Below are positions 55,296 to 64,000 of a stretch of 64,000 bases of DNA, in pieces. Source of the stretch: the human T2T-CHM13v2.0 reference genome, Homo sapiens. Positions within the stretch are counted from its first letter, which is position 1; the number at the start of each line of letters is the position of its first letter. The DNA is taken from NCBI RefSeq assembly GCF_009914755.1, contig NC_060948.1; one strand, 5' to 3'. Below the pieces are notes generated by a model, which was given only the letters and a program-made list of their open reading frames with translations, had not been told where the DNA came from and did not search any database. A program made the position numbers and the translations under genes.

Positions 55296-57423
55296 AGATC
55301 CATATTTTTTAAATGAAAAAAAATTTCAAAGTTACTCTGCTTGGTACAATAATCAAATGTATAAACTGAGGAATAAAACATAACCATGAAACCTACTTAT
55401 AACTGCATATGGAAATTACAGAGGATAATTTTTTAAATAACATATTTTGAAAGCCTTAACTAGTAATTTGCAGAGTTGGCATTTGAAAGGCCAGTATGAA
55501 TATACCTTCAAAGCAGCAACACAGGTTCCCCATGAGAAAAAGCAAACTCAGGGAAAATAAAACCACAAAGGTTCAATCTCTTCTGACCTTTGAAAGACAC
55601 AGTACAGACAGTGGTCCTTAGGACGAAGAGCAGGAGACCCCTAATTCCGTCACCATGGCGATAGGGCATAAACAGTGCTGGGTGAGGGCACAATCCACAT
55701 TGTGAGGTCCAACTGCTGCCAGGAAGACAGGAGTGCTTTTACATAGACCGAAAGGTCATTGAAGGCTCAGAGTTTTGTTTCAAGAAGTGAATCCCAAGCC
55801 CACACGTAATTAGGCTGCGCTTCTTAAAACAAGTTATGAGATGGGAAAAAGGGCACCCACAAACATACGTATACATTATATATATAATAATATACAGTAT
55901 CATATATATAATATATATAACCTATGTATAATACTGTTTTACATCCTGCATCTTCTGTTATATATATTGTATAAAATATAATAATTGATATTATATAAGT
56001 TTTATATATATACAATATGACATATAGTATATATTATAATTTATAACATATATAATATATGTTATATATCATATATAGAATATATTATACGGTTAATATA
56101 CGTATTAAATATAAATTATACATTATATATATTATATATAATATATCTGTTATATATAATACCCATTATGCATAATATATATATTATGTCTATGTTATAT
56201 ATAGTATAAAACAACATATAATAATATATAATTGTATATATAAAATGCGACATATAATATATATTATATTTTATGACATATGTAATATATATTATATATT
56301 ATATATAATACGTTGTATGTATAATTCCTATATTAAATATATATTATATGACTATGTTATTAATTACATGTCACATATGTTATATATTATATATTTTACA
56401 TAGAATATACCGGTTACATACAATATATACTATGTTACCTATAACGTATTGTTTATTACATGTAAAATAAAGATTGCAATATATTATGTATAATTTATAA
56501 TATACAATATGTGGAATGTGACATATATAACATATAATATATGATATATGATATACAGTATATGATATATAACATACAATATATGATACCTAATATATAT
56601 GGTATACAATATATATTTTATGATATGTATTCTATATGTTTTATATTCTGTTATATATAACTATTTGAAATTATATATAACTGTATAATATTTTATGTAA
56701 ATATGTAATATAATATATATAACTATATAATATATTATATATAACTATATATTATGTTATATATACTTTTATAACATAATTTACATAAAATATCATAATA
56801 TAATATATATTATATTATTTCACATTACATAATATATATTACATATCACCCAATATAAGTAACATACATAATATTATAATATAGATTATATTATGTTATA
56901 TTAAATATCATATATATCATGTATCATATATTCTATAATATATATTATACATTATATAATATGTATGTTGTCTATTATGTGATATATATAACTATATATA
57001 TAATTATATTATTATACATATAACTAGATAAACATGTAATTCTACATATTTTCATTTATAATATATAGAATTATATAATCATATATAATTATTTATATTC
57101 TATAAAAAATTATATCATTATATAAATTATAATATATAAAAATTATAATATGTACTACAAATATATATATTATATATCATATATGATATAGTACCTTTGT
57201 TATATATCATAATACATATAAATGTGTATTATGTTATCTATAATTTTATAATTTCATATATAAGAAGTATAATATGTATTATATATTGTATATGTTATGT
57301 AATATATATAGTATATATCAGCTGACACAGGATAAATATTATATACTATGACATATAAAATATATGAGGTTATATGTTACATATAAGGCATAGCACATAA
57401 CATGTAATATATATCATATATAA

Positions 57424-57715
57424 TTTTTTTTTAGACAGAATCTTGTCCTGTTGCACAGGGTGGGGTACAATGGCGCCATCTTTGCTCACTGCAACATCTG
57501 CCTCACGGGTCCAAGCGACTGTCCTCCCTCAGCCTCCCAGGTAGCTGGGACTACACCACACTGGGACTACAGCAGCTGCCACCATGCCTAGCTAATTTTT
57601 TGGATTTTTAGTAGTGACAGCGTTTCACTGTATTGGCCAGGATGGTCTTGATCTCTTCACCTTGTGATCCCCTTGCCTTGGCCTCCAAATTTGCTGGGAT
57701 TACAGGCCTCAGCCA
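57424..57715 (-). mobile_element. Diverged Alu, DYZ2 copy 21
   Basis: Same Alu motifs as copy 1. Confidence 0.95.
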
Positions 57716-59843
57716 AGATCCATATTTTTTAAATGAAAAAAAATTTCAAAGGTACTCTGCTTGGTACAATAATCAAATGTATAAACTGAGGAATAAAACA
57801 TAACCATGAAACCTACTTATAACTGCATATGGAAAATACAGAGGATAATTTTTTAAATAACATATTTTGAAAGCCTTAACTAGTAATTTGAAGAGTTGGC
57901 ATTTGAAAGGCCAGTATGAATATACCTTCAAAGCAGCAACACAGGTTCCCCATGAGAAAAAGCAAACTCAGGGAAAATAAAACCACAAAGGTTCAATCTC
58001 TTCTGACCTTTGAAAGACACAGCACAGACAGTGGTCCTTAGGACGAAGAGCAGGAGACCCCTAATTCCGTCACCATGGCGATAGGGCATAAACATTGCTG
58101 GGTGAGGGCACAATCCACATTGTGAGGTCCAACTGCTGCCAGGAAGACAGGAGTGCTTTTACATAGACCGAAAGGTCATTGAAGGCTCAGAGTTTTGTTT
58201 CAAGAACTGAATCCCAAGCCCACACGTTATTAGGCTGCGCTTCTTAAAACAAGTTATGAGATGGGAAAAAGGGCACCCACAAACATACGTATACATTATG
58301 TATATAATAATATACAGTATCATATATATAATATATATAACCTATGTATAATATTGTTTTACATCCTGCATCTTATAATATATATATTGTATAAAATATA
58401 ATAATTGATAATATATATGTTTTATATTTATACAATATGACATATAGTATATATTATAATTTATGACATATATAATATATGTTATATATCATATATAGAA
58501 TATATTATACGGTTAATATACGTATTAAATATAAATTATACATTATATATATTATATATAATATATCTGTTATATATAATACCCATTATGCATAATATAT
58601 ATATTATGTCTATGTTATATATAGTATAAAACAACATATAATAATATATAATTGTATATATAAAATGCGACATATAATATATATTATATTTTATGACATA
58701 CATAATATATATTATATATTATATATAATACGTTGTATGTATAATACCTATATTAAATATATATTATATGACTATGTTATTAATTACATGTCACATATGT
58801 TATATATTATATATTTTACATAGAATATACCGGTTACATACAATATATACTATGTTACCTATAATGTATAATTGATTACATGTAAAATAAAGAATGCAAT
58901 ATATTATGTATAATTTATAATATATAATATGTGGAATGTGATATATATAACATATAATATATGATATATGATATACAGTATATGATATATAACATACAAT
59001 ATATGATACCTAATATATATGGTATACAATATATATTTTAGGTTATGTATTCTATATGTTTTATATTCTGTTATATATAACTATTTGAAATTATATATAA
59101 CTGTATAATATTTTATGTAAATATGTAATATAATATATATAACTATAAAATATATTATATATAACTATATATTATGTTATATATACTTTTATAACATAAT
59201 TTACATAAAATATCATAATATAATATATATTATATTATTTCACATTACATAATATATATTACATATCACCCAATATAAGTAACATACATAATATTATAAT
59301 ATAGATTATATTATGTTATATTAAATATCATATATATCATGTATCATATATTCTATAATATATATTATACATTATATAATATGTATGTTGTCCATTATGT
59401 GATATATATAACTATATATATAATTATATTATTATACATATAACTAGATAAACATGTAATTCTACATATTTTCATTTATAATATATAGAATTATATAATC
59501 ATATATAATTATTTATATTCTATAAAAAATTATATCATTATATAAATTATAATATATAAAAATTATAAGATGTACTACAAATATATATATTATATATCAT
59601 ATATGATATAGTACCTTTGTTATATATCATAATACATATTAATGTGTATTATGTTATCTATAATTTTATAATTTCATATATAAGATGTATAATATGTATT
59701 ATATATTGTATATGTTACGTAATATATATAGTATATATAAGCTGACACAGGATAAATATTATATACTATGACATATAAAATATATGAGGTTATATGTTAC
59801 ATATAAGGCATAGCACATAACATGTAATATATATCATCTATAA

Positions 59844-60135
<292 letters not shown>

Positions 60136-62240
60136 AGATCCATATTTTTTAAATGAAAAAAAATTTCAAAGGTACTCTGCTTGGTACAATAATCAAATGT
60201 ATAAACTGAGGAATAAAACATAACCATGAAACCTACTTATAACTGCATATGGAAAATACAGAGGATAATTTTTTAAATAACATATTTTGAAAGCCTTAAC
60301 TAGTAATTTGAAGAGTTGGCATTTGAAAGGCCAGTATGAATATACCTTCAAAGCAGCAACACAGGTTTCCCATGAGAAAAAGCAAACTCAGGGAAAATAA
60401 AACCACAAAGGTTCAATCTCTTCTGACCTTTGAAAGACACAGCACAGACAGTGGTCCTTAGGACGAAGAGCAGGAGACCCCTAATTCCGTCACCATGGCG
60501 ATAGGGCATAAACATTGCTGGGTGAGGGCACAATCCACATTGTGAGGTCCAACTGCTGCCAGGAAGACAGGAGTGCTTTTACATAGACCGAAAGGTCATT
60601 GAAGGCTCAGAGTTTTGTTTCAAGAACTGAATCCCAAGCCCACACGTTATTAGGCTGCGCTTCTTAAAACAAGTTATGAGATGGGAAAAAGGGCACCCAC
60701 AAACATACGTATACATTATGTATATAATAATATACAGTATCATATATATAATATATATAACCTATGTATAATATTGTTTTACATCCTGCATCTTATAATA
60801 TATATATTGTATAAAATATAATAATTGATAATATATATGTTTTATATTTATACAATATGACATATAGTATATATTATAATTTATGACATATATAATATAT
60901 GTTATATATCATATATAGAATATATTATACGGTTAATATACGTATTAAATATAAATTATACATTATATATATTATATATAATATATCTGTTATATATAAT
61001 ACCCATTATGCATAATATATATATTATGTCTATGTTATATATAGTATAAAACAACATATAATAATATATAATTGTATATATAAAATGCGACATATAATAT
61101 ATATTATATTTTATGACATATGTAATATATATTATATATTATATATAATACGTTGTATGTATAATACCTATATTAAATATATATTATATGACTATGTTAT
61201 TAATTACATGTCACATATGTTATATATTATATATTTTACATAGAATATTCCGGTTACATACAATATATACTATGTTACCTATAATGTATAATTGATTACA
61301 TGTAAAATAAAGAATGCAATATATTATGTATAATTTATAATATACAATATGTGGAATGTGATACATATAACATATAATATATGATATATGATATACAGTA
61401 TATGATATATAACATACAATATATGATACCTAATATATATGGTATACAATATATATTTTATGTTATGTATTCTATATGTTTTATATTCTGTTATATATAA
61501 CTATTTGAAATTATATATAACTGTATAATATTTTATGTAAATATGTAATATAATATATATAACTATAAAATATATTATATATAACTATATATTATGTTAT
61601 ATATACTTTTATAACATAATTTACATAAAATATCATAATATAATATATATTATATTATTTCACATTACATAATATATATTACATATCACCCAATATAAGT
61701 AACATACATAATATTATAATATAGATTATATTATGTTATATTAAATATCATATATATCATGTATCATATATTCTATAATATATATTATACATTATATAAT
61801 ATGTATGTTGTCCATTATGTGATATATATAACTATATATATAATTATATTATTATACATATAACTAGATAAACATGTAATTCTACATATTTTCATTTATA
61901 ATATATAGAATTATATAATCATATATAATTATTTATATTCTATAAAAAATTATATCATTATATAAATTATAATATATAAAAATTATAAGATGTACTACAA
62001 ATATATATATTATATATCATATATGATATAGTACCTTTGTTATATATCATAATACATATAAATGTGTATTATGTTATCTATAATTTTATAATTTCATATA
62101 TAAGATGTATAATATGTATTATATATTCTATATGTTACGTAATATATATAGTATATATAAGCTGACACAGGATAAATATTATATACTATGACATATAAAA
62201 TATATGAGGTTATATGTTACATATAAGGCATAGCACATAA

Positions 62241-62555
<315 letters not shown>

Positions 62556-64000
62556 AGATCCATATTTTTTAAATGAAAAAAAATTTCAAAGGTACTCTGC
62601 TTAGTACAATAATCAAATATATAAACTGAGGAACAAAACATAACCATGAAACCTACTTATAACTGCATATGGAAAATACAGAGGATAACTTTTTAAATAA
62701 CATATTTTGAAAGGCTTAACTAGTAATTTGAAGAGTTGGCTTTTGAAAGGCCAGTATGAATATACCTTCAAAGCAGCAACACAGGTTCCCCATGAGAAAA
62801 AGCAAACTCAGGGAAAATAAAACCACAAAGGTTCAATCTCTTCTGACCTTTGAAAGACACAGCACAGACAGTGGTCCTTAGGACGAAGAGCAGGAGACCC
62901 CTAATTCCATCACCATGGCGATAGGGCATAAACATTGCTGGGTGAGGGCACAATCCACATTGTGAGGTCCAACTGCTGCCAGGAAGACAGGAGTGCTTTT
63001 ACATAGACCGAAAGGTCATTGAAGTTTCAGAGTTTTGTTTCAAGAACTGAATCCCAACCCCACACGTTATTAGGCTGCGCTTCTTAAAACAAGTTATGAG
63101 ATGGGAAAAAGGGCACCCACAAACATACGTATACATTACGTATATAATAATATACAGTATCATATATATAATATATATAACCTATGTATAATATTGTTTT
63201 ACATCCTGCATCTTATATTATGTATATTGTATAAAATATAATTATTGATAATATATAAAATTTATATTTATACAATATGACATATAGTATATATTATAAT
63301 TTATGACATATATAATATATGTTATATATCATATATAGAATATATTATACGGTTAATATACGTATTAAATATAAATTATACATTATATATATTATATATA
63401 ATATTTCTGTTATATATAATACCCATTATGCATAATATATATATTATGTGTATGTTATATATAGTATAAAACAACATATAATAATATATAATTGTATATA
63501 TAATATGCGACATATAATATATATTATATTTTATGACATATGTTATAAATATTATATATTATATATAATACGTTGTATGTATAATACCTATATTAAATAT
63601 ATATTATATGACTATGTTATTAATTACATGTCACATATGTTATATATTATATATTTTACATAGAATATACCGGTTACATACAATATATACTATGTTACCT
63701 ATAATGTATAATATATTACATGTAAAATAAAGAATGCAATATATTATGTATAATTTATAATATACAATATGTGGAATGTGATATATATAACATATAATAT
63801 ATGATATATGATATACAGTATATGATATATAACATACAATATATGATACATAATATATATGGTATACAATATATATTTTATGATATGTATTCTATATGTT
63901 TTATATTCTGTTATATATAACTATTTGAAATTATATATAACTGTATAATATTTTATGTAAATATGTAATATTATATATAACTATGTAATATATTATATAT

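Overview
This is not a prokaryotic or gene-bearing region. The window is human-type satellite heterochromatin matching Yq12 of the Y chromosome. Bases 1-8309 are DYZ1/HSat3: degenerate (GGAAT)n in a ~3.53-3.54 kb higher-order unit, about 2.35 copies. An abrupt junction at 8309/8310 leads into a DYZ2/HSat1B array (8310-64000) of 23 head-to-tail ~2420-bp units. Each unit is ~1.56 kb of AT-rich sequence, a ~290-bp diverged minus-strand Alu and a ~570-bp HSATI-type segment. No protein-coding gene, structural RNA gene or CRISPR array is supported, and all listed ORFs are repeat artefacts. I found no new gene system. The observations worth following up are structural or regulatory: the junction anatomy (ATC microhomology, a 768-bp internal deletion, edge divergence), three perfect in-phase heat-shock elements per DYZ1 unit, nested 1-, 2- and 3-unit duplications with conversion tracts in DYZ2, deletion-only indels, and residual Pol III and splice signals in the amplified Alu. 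All comparisons were made by eye.
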